Shown in pieces: positions 1-6,250 of a stretch of DNA of 13,842 nucleotides (position 1 is its first letter; every line of letters begins with the position of its first letter). Origin of the DNA: an uncultured Spirochaetia bacterium (lineage in GTDB: Bacteria > Spirochaetota > UBA6919 > CAYUUC01); NCBI GenBank assembly GCA_964447635.1, contig CAYUUC010000072.1:1-13842 (forward strand), read 5' to 3'. The notes beneath the pieces were generated by a model. It was not told the origin of the DNA and made no database searches. It was given only the letters and a program-made list of their open reading frames with translations. Position numbers and translations under genes: made by a program.

Positions 1-861
1 TGGTCAATCATACCGATTATCATAATAGCAAGCGGATTCATGGTTAGAACTTTTATCATACTACATGATTGCGGACATAATTCATTCTTTAAGTCAAAAC
101 GAGCGAATACAATATGGGGGCATATCTTAGGCGTAGTCACCTTCACCACATACCATGAATGGCAGAAAGGGCACAACATACATCATGGTTCTGTAGCCAA
201 TCTGGATAATCGAAAGGGTGGCGATGTGTGGACTATAACGGCACAGGAGTACAAGGACATGTCAACTTTTAACAAGCTCATATACCGCATCTTTCGAAAC
301 CCGCTATTTTTGTTCACCATAGCTCCTCCGTTCTCATTCCTCGTTTTGAACAGGTTTCCCAGTAAGACGACACCAAAGAAGGCGATACCAAGCTTCATTA
401 TAACAAACCTGCTTATCATAGGTATTATACTCGCTTTCCTTTTCACGATTGGTATAAAGTATTACCTGATAGTATATCTGCCGGTGGTTGTTCTTGCTGC
501 TATTGTTGGGGTATGGCTGTTCTACATACAGCACCAGTTTAAGGATGTCCATTGGTTTAATGATGATGAGTGGGATATCGTTAAGGCTTCACTTTATGGT
601 AGCTCCTACTATAAACTACCGTCTGTATTGAGGTGGTTCACCGGCAACATTGGCTTTCATCATATACACCATCTGAATCCCCGCATCCCCGAATATAACC
701 TCAAACAATGCTATGATAATGTATCCGAGGTTCAGGAAGTAAAACCGGTAACCCTTCTATATAGCTTAAAGTCGCTCTTCCTCAGATTCTGGGATGAGAA
801 AGCAAAACAGCTCATTAGTTTTAAAACATATAAAGTGAGACTGGCTATGGATATGATATAA
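1..861 (+). CDS. Membrane fatty-acid desaturase (integral-membrane di-iron desaturase family), 5'-truncated by the window edge
   Basis: The frame is open from nt 1 (WSIIPIIIIASGF precedes the first Met at 40). Three histidine boxes are present in the canonical order: HDCGH, HEWQKGHNIHHG (HxxHH) and HHIHHLNPRIPEYN. Hydrophobic membrane-spanning stretches lie between boxes 2 and 3. Stop at 859-861. Confidence 0.85.
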   Translation, partial: WSIIPIIIIASGFMVRTFIILHDCGHNSFFKSKRANTIWGHILGVVTFTTYHEWQKGHNIHHGSVANLDNRKGGDVWTITAQEYKDMSTFNKLIYRIFRNPLFLFTIAPPFSFLVLNRFPSKTTPKKAIPSFIITNLLIIGIILAFLFTIGIKYYLIVYLPVVVLAAIVGVWLFYIQHQFKDVHWFNDDEWDIVKASLYGSSYYKLPSVLRWFTGNIGFHHIHHLNPRIPEYNLKQCYDNVSEVQEVKPVTLLYSLKSLFLRFWDEKAKQLISFKTYKVRLAMDMI

Positions 862-880
862 TTTTAGCTCAATTCCTATG

Positions 881-904
881 TTGATTCAATCAAAATTCAA
901 TTTG
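881..904. promoter_or_regulatory. Overlapping palindromes and direct repeat: TTGATTCAATCAA (6-1-6 palindrome) plus AAATTCAATTT (5-1-5 palindrome). The ATTCAAT motif occurs twice, 11 bp apart.
   Basis: Read directly from the sequence TTGATTCAATCAAAATTCAATTTG, 20 bp after the desaturase stop and ~90 bp upstream of the yqiJ-like start. A TATAAA element follows at 908-913. Confidence 0.3.
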
Positions 905-993
905 TGACTATAAATGGTAGTAGACTGGCGATTTTTTTATTAAATTTTACACATATGAAATTCATTTTTGATGAAAACAATTGAGGTTAATAT

Positions 994-1752
994 ATGTTTG
1001 ACTGGTTTTACGATTTATCCGTTTTAGAAAAAGTTTTCTGGGTTATAGCTTCCGGTTTCTCTGTGATTTTCCTAATACAATTAATATTAACATTTATTGG
1101 TATTGGAGGGGCTTCTGATGCTGAGATTGATACTGATATAGGTACTGACTTTGATACCGATGTCGATGTAGGAACGGATGTCGATGTGGACACCGATGTT
1201 GATATGGATGCTGATGTAGGAGCAGATGCTGATATGGGAGCAGATGTCGATACAGATGTTGATGTGGATGCGGATGCAGACCACCCCCATGTTAATGATT
1301 CGGATATGACTGACTATGACCGCTCCAAGACCAGCCGTAAGCGAAGGTTTAAGCTATTGACCTTCCGAGGGATTGTGGCTTTCTTTATGGTTTTCGGCTG
1401 GGCAGACATCATAGCGAAGAATTCTGGTATGAACACTCTCAATTCTGTTTTGATTGCCTCAGCGATGGGATTAGGGATGATGTTCTTAATATCGCTAATC
1501 TTCTACTTCCTACTGGGTCTAACTGAGAGTGGCAATATAGACATCAGAAATGCGGTAGGCTCTACAGGGAAGGTCTACTTGCCCATTCCAGCCGAGTCAC
1601 AAGGCTTTGGTAAGGTTCAAATCATTGTTCAGGGTGCAGTAAGAGAGATGGATGCGATAACCATTGGAGAAAGGCTCCCTACTGGAACTAATATCCGAGT
1701 TATCGGAATAGTTAAAGGTAAACTTTTGGTAGAAGAAATGGAAAAAAAATAG
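994..1752 (+). CDS. YqiJ/NfeD-like inner-membrane protein (N-terminal TM segment, poly-acidic D-X repeat linker, further TM helices, C-terminal OB-fold domain)
   Basis: ATG at 994 is preceded by GAGGT at 984-988. Hydrophobic N-terminus (VFWVIASGFSVIFLIQLILTFIGIGG). Acidic DxDxD tract, two more TM helices, then a C-terminal beta-rich region (GKVYLPIPAESQGFGKVQIIVQGAVREMDAITIGERLPTGTNIRVIGIVKG) typical of the NfeD/YqiJ OB-fold. A flotillin gene lies immediately downstream, as in the yqiJK / yuaF-floT pairs. Confidence 0.7.
   Translation: MFDWFYDLSVLEKVFWVIASGFSVIFLIQLILTFIGIGGASDAEIDTDIGTDFDTDVDVGTDVDVDTDVDMDADVGADADMGADVDTDVDVDADADHPHVNDSDMTDYDRSKTSRKRRFKLLTFRGIVAFFMVFGWADIIAKNSGMNTLNSVLIASAMGLGMMFLISLIFYFLLGLTESGNIDIRNAVGSTGKVYLPIPAESQGFGKVQIIVQGAVREMDAITIGERLPTGTNIRVIGIVKGKLLVEEMEKK
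1117..1284 (+). repeat. Imperfect tandem hexanucleotide coding repeat (GAT-GTN / GAT-GCN / GAT-ACN) encoding (Asp-[Thr/Val/Ala/Met/Gly])n, ~28 units
   Basis: The DNA reads gatactgatataggtactgactttgataccgatgtcgatgtaggaacggatgtcgatgtggacaccgatgttgatatggatgctgatgtaggagcagatgctgatatgggagcagatgtcgatacagatgttgatgtggatgcggatgcagac. Translation is DAEIDTDIGTDFDTDVDVGTDVDVDTDVDMDADVGADADMGADVDTDVDVDADAD. Confidence 0.8.
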
Positions 1753-1841
1753 AATAATAGCAAAATCCTATTAACATTCGCCTATGATTGGTTTATATTA
1801 TTCATGAAATGTATAAATCTTTTTTATAGGAGAATGTTATT

Positions 1842-3254
1842 ATGCCACCACTTGAAATAATAGTACCCTCTGTTGCCGCAATCATTGTCTTCATAACGAT
1901 TGTGGGAATATTAAAAAGGTATCGTAGATGCCCATCTGATAAGATTTTAGTAATTTATGGTAAGATAGGAAAAGATGACGGAGTATCCCGTTCCTCAAGG
2001 TGTATCCATGGTGGAGCGGCTTTCATATGGCCCATCTTCCAGCATTACCAGTTCCTCGACCTGACCCCGATGTCAATTGAGGTTAACCTAACCAATGCCC
2101 TTAGCCGGCAGAACATCAGAATCGATGTCCCATCAAGGTTCACAGTAGGTATATCTACCGAATCCGGTATCATGACCAATGCCGCTGAAAGGCTTTTGGG
2201 TCTAACCTTAGCTCAGATACAGGAACTCGCTAAGGACATCATCTTCGGTCAGTTAAGGCTGGTCATCGCAACCATGGACATCGAGGAAATCAATTCAGAC
2301 AGAGATAAGTTCCTTGCTAATGTATCCAACAATGTGGAAGCTGAATTGAACAAGATTGGTCTAAAGCTCATTAATGTTAATGTTACCGATATCCGTGATG
2401 AATCCGGTTACATAGAGGCTCTCGGTAAGGAAGCCGCTGCTAAAGCGGTCAATGATGCTAAGAAGAGCGTAGCCGAGAAGAACAGAGATGGTTCTATCGG
2501 TGAAGCCAATGCACAAAGAGACCAGAGGATTCATGTATCTAAAGCCAACGCCGAAGCAGTCGATGGTGAGAACAAAGCAAAGATATCCATCGCTAACTCT
2601 GATTCACTGAGAAGACAGAAAATAGCCGAAGCTGAGAAAGAAGCGGTAGCCTCTGAGAAGGTACAAACCGCTATGGCTCTGGAAGAAGCATACGCAGCTG
2701 AACAGAAAGCTGAAACCTCCCGTGCAGAAAGAGAGAGAGCCACCCGTCATGCCGATATCGTTGTACCGGCTGAAATAGATAAACAAAGAGTTGAAATACA
2801 AGCAGAAGCGGAAGCCGAGAAAACCCGTAGAAGAGCAAAAGGTGAAGCTGATGGATTATTAGCTAAGATGCAGGCTCAGGCTCAAGGTATACTTGAAACA
2901 CTCAGCAAACAGGCTCAAGGATTCAATGAGATTGTCAAATCAGCTAAAGGTAACCCAAGAGACGCTGTCCTGCTCATGATTGTAGATAAGCTTAATGAGC
3001 TGGTCAGGACACAGGTTGACGCAATCAAGGGAATCAAGATTGATAAGGTCACTGTATGGGATTCAGCTGGGAATAGCGGAAATGGTAAGCCTGCTACTGC
3101 TAATTTCCTCTCCGGTATGTTTAAATCTATTCCTCCTCTGGAAGACCTGTTCAAGATGGCTGGGATGAATCTACCGGAATACCTTAAAGGTAAAGAGATT
3201 GAAAATAGAAAAGAAATTGAAAAAGAGGATGAGAAAGAAACTGAAAAAAAGTAA
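1842..3254 (+). CDS. Flotillin-like SPFH/band-7 protein (FloT/YqiK family)
   Basis: AGGAG at 1828-1832, 9 nt before the ATG. N-terminal TM helix (IIVPSVAAIIVFITIVGIL). SPFH domain follows. Then a long Ala/Glu-rich coiled-coil 'flotillin' region (AEAEKEAVASEKVQTAMALEEAYAAEQKAETSRAERERA...EIQAEAEAEKTRRRAKGEADG). Acidic/Lys-rich C-terminal tail. It sits 89 bp downstream of the NfeD-like gene on the same strand. Confidence 0.88.
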   Translation: MPPLEIIVPSVAAIIVFITIVGILKRYRRCPSDKILVIYGKIGKDDGVSRSSRCIHGGAAFIWPIFQHYQFLDLTPMSIEVNLTNALSRQNIRIDVPSRFTVGISTESGIMTNAAERLLGLTLAQIQELAKDIIFGQLRLVIATMDIEEINSDRDKFLANVSNNVEAELNKIGLKLINVNVTDIRDESGYIEALGKEAAAKAVNDAKKSVAEKNRDGSIGEANAQRDQRIHVSKANAEAVDGENKAKISIANSDSLRRQKIAEAEKEAVASEKVQTAMALEEAYAAEQKAETSRAERERATRHADIVVPAEIDKQRVEIQAEAEAEKTRRRAKGEADGLLAKMQAQAQGILETLSKQAQGFNEIVKSAKGNPRDAVLLMIVDKLNELVRTQVDAIKGIKIDKVTVWDSAGNSGNGKPATANFLSGMFKSIPPLEDLFKMAGMNLPEYLKGKEIENRKEIEKEDEKETEKK

Positions 3255-3313
3255 GAAACTTCCCTTTTAAATTATCACTAAATAAACATCATACCAAGAA
3301 ACATAATTGAAAA

Positions 3314-3700
3314 TCATTTTAATCCCAACATTTTAAGTAAGGATTCCAGTAAACTATCATTACTGGTTGGGTTTGGGGATTTTTGTTTTTTCTTTCTGGA
3401 GTTTTGTCTTTTTTTCGAATTAGTTCTTAATGCTTTCCTGATTGGTGGTTTAGTCTTTTTTGACTGATGTGATGCTTTCTTCTTCCTGCTGTTTGGTCTT
3501 GGTTTTAGTTCGGTGGGGAAAATCTCATCGGATAAGTTTTCCCTGTTCTTCAGGTCTCTTCTATAGCGTTTGATAATCTTTAGCCATTCATCGGTCGTTT
3601 TCCTCTCACCATTGGTGAACACATCAAACAAAGCATTCTTGATATAGCGTGGCATGTGGCTCCAGATGAACCGCCATGCACCATCGGGAGTTTTTTTTTA
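3314..3700 (-). pseudogene. Out-of-frame (-1) continuation of the PIN-kinase gene: conserved-looking kinase C-lobe helices followed by a Lys/Arg-rich tail. It is contiguous with the kinase ORF only if the A9 run is read as A10 or A8.
   Basis: Minus-strand frame after the homopolymer reads KKTPDGAWRFIWSHMPRYIKNALFDVFTNGERKTTDEWLKIIKRYRRDLKNRENLSDEIFPTELKPRPNSRKKKASHQSKKTKPPIRKALRTNSKKRQNSRKKKQKSPNPTSNDSLLESLLKMLGLK, with stop at 3314-3316. A TAA stop in this frame sits immediately 5' of the A-run (3698-3700), so the two halves join exactly at the homopolymer. Confidence 0.6.
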
Positions 3701-5046
3701 CGGTCTTTTCCATACGGGTATGAAAACTCAGTTCGTTTGATGTTGGTTGCAGGGTCACTTCCTCCACGTTTGGAATAAGGAGGCTTCCCCGGCATCAGTA
3801 TCATGAAAACCAGTGTAGAAACAGCGAAGTATTCATGCTGGAATGTTCTCAATGTCCGTTTATAGTCCTTACCTTGAAGCTCAGGAGGAGTATAGTTCAC
3901 CGTCCCCACCGGACAGGGGTATGCCTCTATCTGGAAGCTGTCTGTATCTACGAAATAGACCTCGTGTTCGTCTTTGACTAATATGTTAAGCGGATTTATA
4001 TCACCTATGATAATGTTTCTCATGTGTAGTTGCTTAATCATCCTAAGTATGTTGATACATAAGGTCAATAGGTTCAATCTTGTCCAGCCTGGGAAGGTCT
4101 TAAACAGCAGAGGCTTAATGAACAATGACTTCTGCAACTCCTTACCTGATGCCTTATTCATAAGATAGCCCACAAAGTCCCCTTTGTTATTGTAAACCAT
4201 CTCTATTGGCCAGCATATCCCTTTATAGTCAACGGGATTGGTCAGCATAAGGGTAATCTTATCCCGTTTTATGGTTGTGAGTTTGCTCTTCTTATAAACT
4301 TTACAAGCGAATCCAGTATCCGTAGAGTAAACAGATCCTTCACCCCCTTTGCCTATCTCCTTGGTTAATCTATGGTAAGTCTTTTCCCCGGTTTCATCCT
4401 TCGTATATACCGTATCATTTATAGAAGGGATACCTGATACTTTTAGATAATGCTTTTTATCGAAATTAACAGGCTTTTTACATAGTTTGAATGTTTTAAC
4501 AGGTTTGCTTATCTTCGCTGGATGCTTGCTAAGAGACATCTGTTTACCGACTGTCCCGGCGAGTAGTTCTTCTGCTGAGGTTTTACTTTTGATACGGAAA
4601 GCCTTAAACTCTTTCTTGCCGTTCACGCCTACATCTTGCCTTAACTTGAAGATACTTTTTACCAATGCCCTATTTTGTGTTATCAGGCATAAATCGTATT
4701 TATATGTAAGGTCGATACTCAGTTTACAGAACAAGTCATTAAGATGCGGGTCATTCTTATCACCGACTATCTCGGCACACTTCTCCCTAACTAATGACTT
4801 CAAAAGTTGGAGTGCCTTTTTAGATTTAATGGATTTGGTTTGTTCTTCACCGGCTTCCATTTTGCGAAGGTCTTCCACTAATCGATAAGGGATTACCAGC
4901 TTATTGCTGTGCTTCTTTAAAAATTCAGCGAAGAATCCTGATAAAAATCCTTTAGCGGATTTATGAGTTATGCTGGTTATATCTAGTAGCAATTTGTATT
5001 CTGAGGCTATTTTTTCGATGTCTATGGTATTTTTTAAATCATCCAT
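3580..5046 (-). CDS. PIN-like domain + Hanks-type Ser/Thr protein kinase domain protein. This is the reading frame as it stands, and it very likely terminates artificially after the A9 tract.
   Basis: N-terminus has a PIN-like motif pattern: YKLLLDITSI (beta1 Asp), LVIPYRLVEDLRKM (conserved Glu), LITQNRAL. Kinase motifs: Gly-rich loop IGKGGEGSVYS, beta3 Lys in ACKVYKK, catalytic loop IIIGDINPLNILV (D...N), Mg-binding VYFVDTDSF, activation-segment end GTVNYTPPELQ, then GKPPYS. Beyond the KKK codons at 3691-3699 the frame encodes a Cys/Met-rich 36-aa tail (LPMVHGGSSGATCHAISRMLCLMCSPMVRGKRPMNG) that does not look protein-like. Confidence 0.75.
   Translation of the reverse strand: MDDLKNTIDIEKIASEYKLLLDITSITHKSAKGFLSGFFAEFLKKHSNKLVIPYRLVEDLRKMEAGEEQTKSIKSKKALQLLKSLVREKCAEIVGDKNDPHLNDLFCKLSIDLTYKYDLCLITQNRALVKSIFKLRQDVGVNGKKEFKAFRIKSKTSAEELLAGTVGKQMSLSKHPAKISKPVKTFKLCKKPVNFDKKHYLKVSGIPSINDTVYTKDETGEKTYHRLTKEIGKGGEGSVYSTDTGFACKVYKKSKLTTIKRDKITLMLTNPVDYKGICWPIEMVYNNKGDFVGYLMNKASGKELQKSLFIKPLLFKTFPGWTRLNLLTLCINILRMIKQLHMRNIIIGDINPLNILVKDEHEVYFVDTDSFQIEAYPCPVGTVNYTPPELQGKDYKRTLRTFQHEYFAVSTLVFMILMPGKPPYSKRGGSDPATNIKRTEFSYPYGKDRKKKLPMVHGGSSGATCHAISRMLCLMCSPMVRGKRPMNG
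3691..3699 (-). repeat. A9 homopolymer (T9 on + strand) in coding sequence, coinciding with the frame break of the kinase gene. Candidate slippery site A_AAA_AAA.
   Basis: + strand ...gggagtttttttttacgg.... The minus-strand codons read cgt aaa aaa aaa ctc in the upstream frame. Confidence 0.9.
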
Positions 5047-5117
5047 AATAATGCTTTAAGTCTATACGAAGATTTGCTTTTTGATATAATAATAAATATC
5101 ATAAATATATACAACAT

Positions 5118-5143
5118 TTTTACCAAAAAATATTCTTTGGTAA
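5118..5143. promoter_or_regulatory. Perfect 9-bp inverted repeat with 8-bp spacer, TTTACCAAA-aaatattc-TTTGGTAAA, in the divergent promoter region between the kinase and phosphoesterase genes
   Basis: Read directly from the sequence. The arms are exact reverse complements and contain G/C, which is notable in an otherwise AT-only spacer region. The location is consistent with a dimeric transcription-factor operator controlling one or both divergent genes. Confidence 0.4.
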
Positions 5144-5207
5144 ATCATGCATAAATTAATCACCGCGTTAAAATTATAATAGAATAAACTTAGAAAGGAA
5201 AATCCAT

Positions 5208-6074
5208 ATGAAAATAAATAGATTAACAATGATAATCTTTATACTTCTTATGTTGTTATTGATGTCTTTCTGTTCGGCAAGTCAGGACATCGAGGTCAAC
5301 ATAAACCCGGATAACATTGCCAAACCGGCTGAATACTCCTTCGTAGTCTATGGTGACACCAGGACAAACTATCTTATTCATGAAAAGATGGTTCAGTCAA
5401 TCTTGTTGCGAGAACCGGATATGGTCATCCATACCGGAGACCTTGTAGCAAATGGATACTCCAAATCACAATGGGAACGGTTTATGGGCATAATCCAACC
5501 TCTACAGGAAGAAGCAGAGTTCTTTCCAATTTTGGGAAACCATGAGTTCAATTCTAAGCATTACTATAACAACTTCGACCTACCAAACAACGAGAGATGG
5601 TATTCTATACTGAGAGAAGACATCTTATTTCTAATGTTAGACAGCAATACAGATTTAAGGCAAGGGTCAGTGCAATTCACATGGCTGGAAGATACATTTA
5701 AATCCTATGAAGGGAAGACCCAAGCCATACTGGTTTTCTTTCATCATCCGCTTTTAACTTCCGGAAAGCATCCTGGAGATGGGAAAGGTTTTGGAGATGA
5801 CCTTATCCCTCTCTTAGAAGCGTATGATGTGGATATGGTCTTCAGTGGACACAACCATAGCTACGAAAGGTCATATTATAACGATATTTACTTTATAGTA
5901 ACGGGTGGCGGAGGTGCTCCTCTTTACGGTAAACACAGGGAGAATGAATACTCACAAAAGTTCATTAAAGACTATCATTTCTGCGAACTTTACATAGAAG
6001 AGGGATTACTCATATTGAATGTCTTCGATATCAATCTCAATCTGATAGATAATGTATCAATACAACTCGATTAA
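5208..6074 (+). CDS. Secreted calcineurin-like / purple-acid-phosphatase-like metallophosphoesterase
   Basis: AAGGA at 5194-5199 upstream. N-terminal signal peptide (MKINRLTMIIFILLMLLLMSFCSASQD). Metallophosphoesterase motifs in order: VYGDTR, HTGDLVANG (GDxx), GNHE, FFHHP, SGHNH (GHxH). Confidence 0.8.
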   Translation: MKINRLTMIIFILLMLLLMSFCSASQDIEVNINPDNIAKPAEYSFVVYGDTRTNYLIHEKMVQSILLREPDMVIHTGDLVANGYSKSQWERFMGIIQPLQEEAEFFPILGNHEFNSKHYYNNFDLPNNERWYSILREDILFLMLDSNTDLRQGSVQFTWLEDTFKSYEGKTQAILVFFHHPLLTSGKHPGDGKGFGDDLIPLLEAYDVDMVFSGHNHSYERSYYNDIYFIVTGGGGAPLYGKHRENEYSQKFIKDYHFCELYIEEGLLILNVFDINLNLIDNVSIQLD

Positions 6075-6205
6075 TATGTGAAAAAGAATTCATGCGATGA
6101 ATATGAAATAAAAAACACCTTTTTTTAGCAAGAGACTAAATTTTTAACCATCTGATGACTATAATCTAAATAAGTAAAATGTAAAATCCGTTTTACCACG
6201 CATCC

Positions 6206-6240
6206 AAAATGATAGGAGAAAGTTTTTCTTCTATCATTTT
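6206..6240. terminator. AU-rich hairpin (about 15 bp stem with one wobble, 5-nt loop) between the convergent phosphoesterase and pyrK genes. Candidate bidirectional terminator.
   Basis: AAAATGATAGGAGAA-agttt-TTCTTCTATCATTTT, 10 nt downstream of the pyrK stop on the minus strand. On the + strand it is followed by gacTAAATTTTT. Confidence 0.35.
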
Positions 6241-6250
6241 GACTAAATTT

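Noticed and set aside
183-552. Antisense ORFs 183..446 and 334..552 inside the desaturase gene
   Set aside because: They lie entirely within a well-supported CDS on the opposite strand. They have no RBS and low-complexity translations. Such ORFs are typical artefacts in AT-rich coding DNA.
1008-1290. Minus-strand ORFs 1008..1193 and 1087..1290 (Ser/Thr-rich and Ile/Cys-rich translations)
   Set aside because: These are produced by reading the GAT-GYN coding repeat of the YqiJ-like gene in antisense. The repeat structure explains the open frames.
2531-3154. Antisense ORFs within the flotillin gene (2531..2743, 2604..2801, 2915..3154)
   Set aside because: They are the reverse complement of the Ala/Glu-rich coiled-coil coding region. 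There are no start signals.
3580-3690. Treating the 36-codon Cys/Met-rich tail (LPMVHGGSSGATCHAISRMLCLMCSPMVRGKRPMNG) as the genuine C-terminus, possibly a Zn-binding knuckle
   Set aside because: The alternative -1 frame is longer and protein-like, and it joins exactly at the A9 tract. The Cys/Met richness is what is expected from reading AT-rich coding DNA out of frame. This is kept only as a formal alternative.
3974-4888. Plus-strand ORFs 3974..4168 and 4487..4888 within the kinase gene
   Set aside because: They are embedded in the stronger minus-strand kinase CDS. They have no SD and no recognisable domain.
6108-6128. A6-CACC-T7 (aaaaaacaccttttttt) as an intrinsic terminator for the phosphoesterase gene
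   Set aside because: The stem would be pure A:U with negligible stability. The 6206..6240 hairpin is the better candidate.
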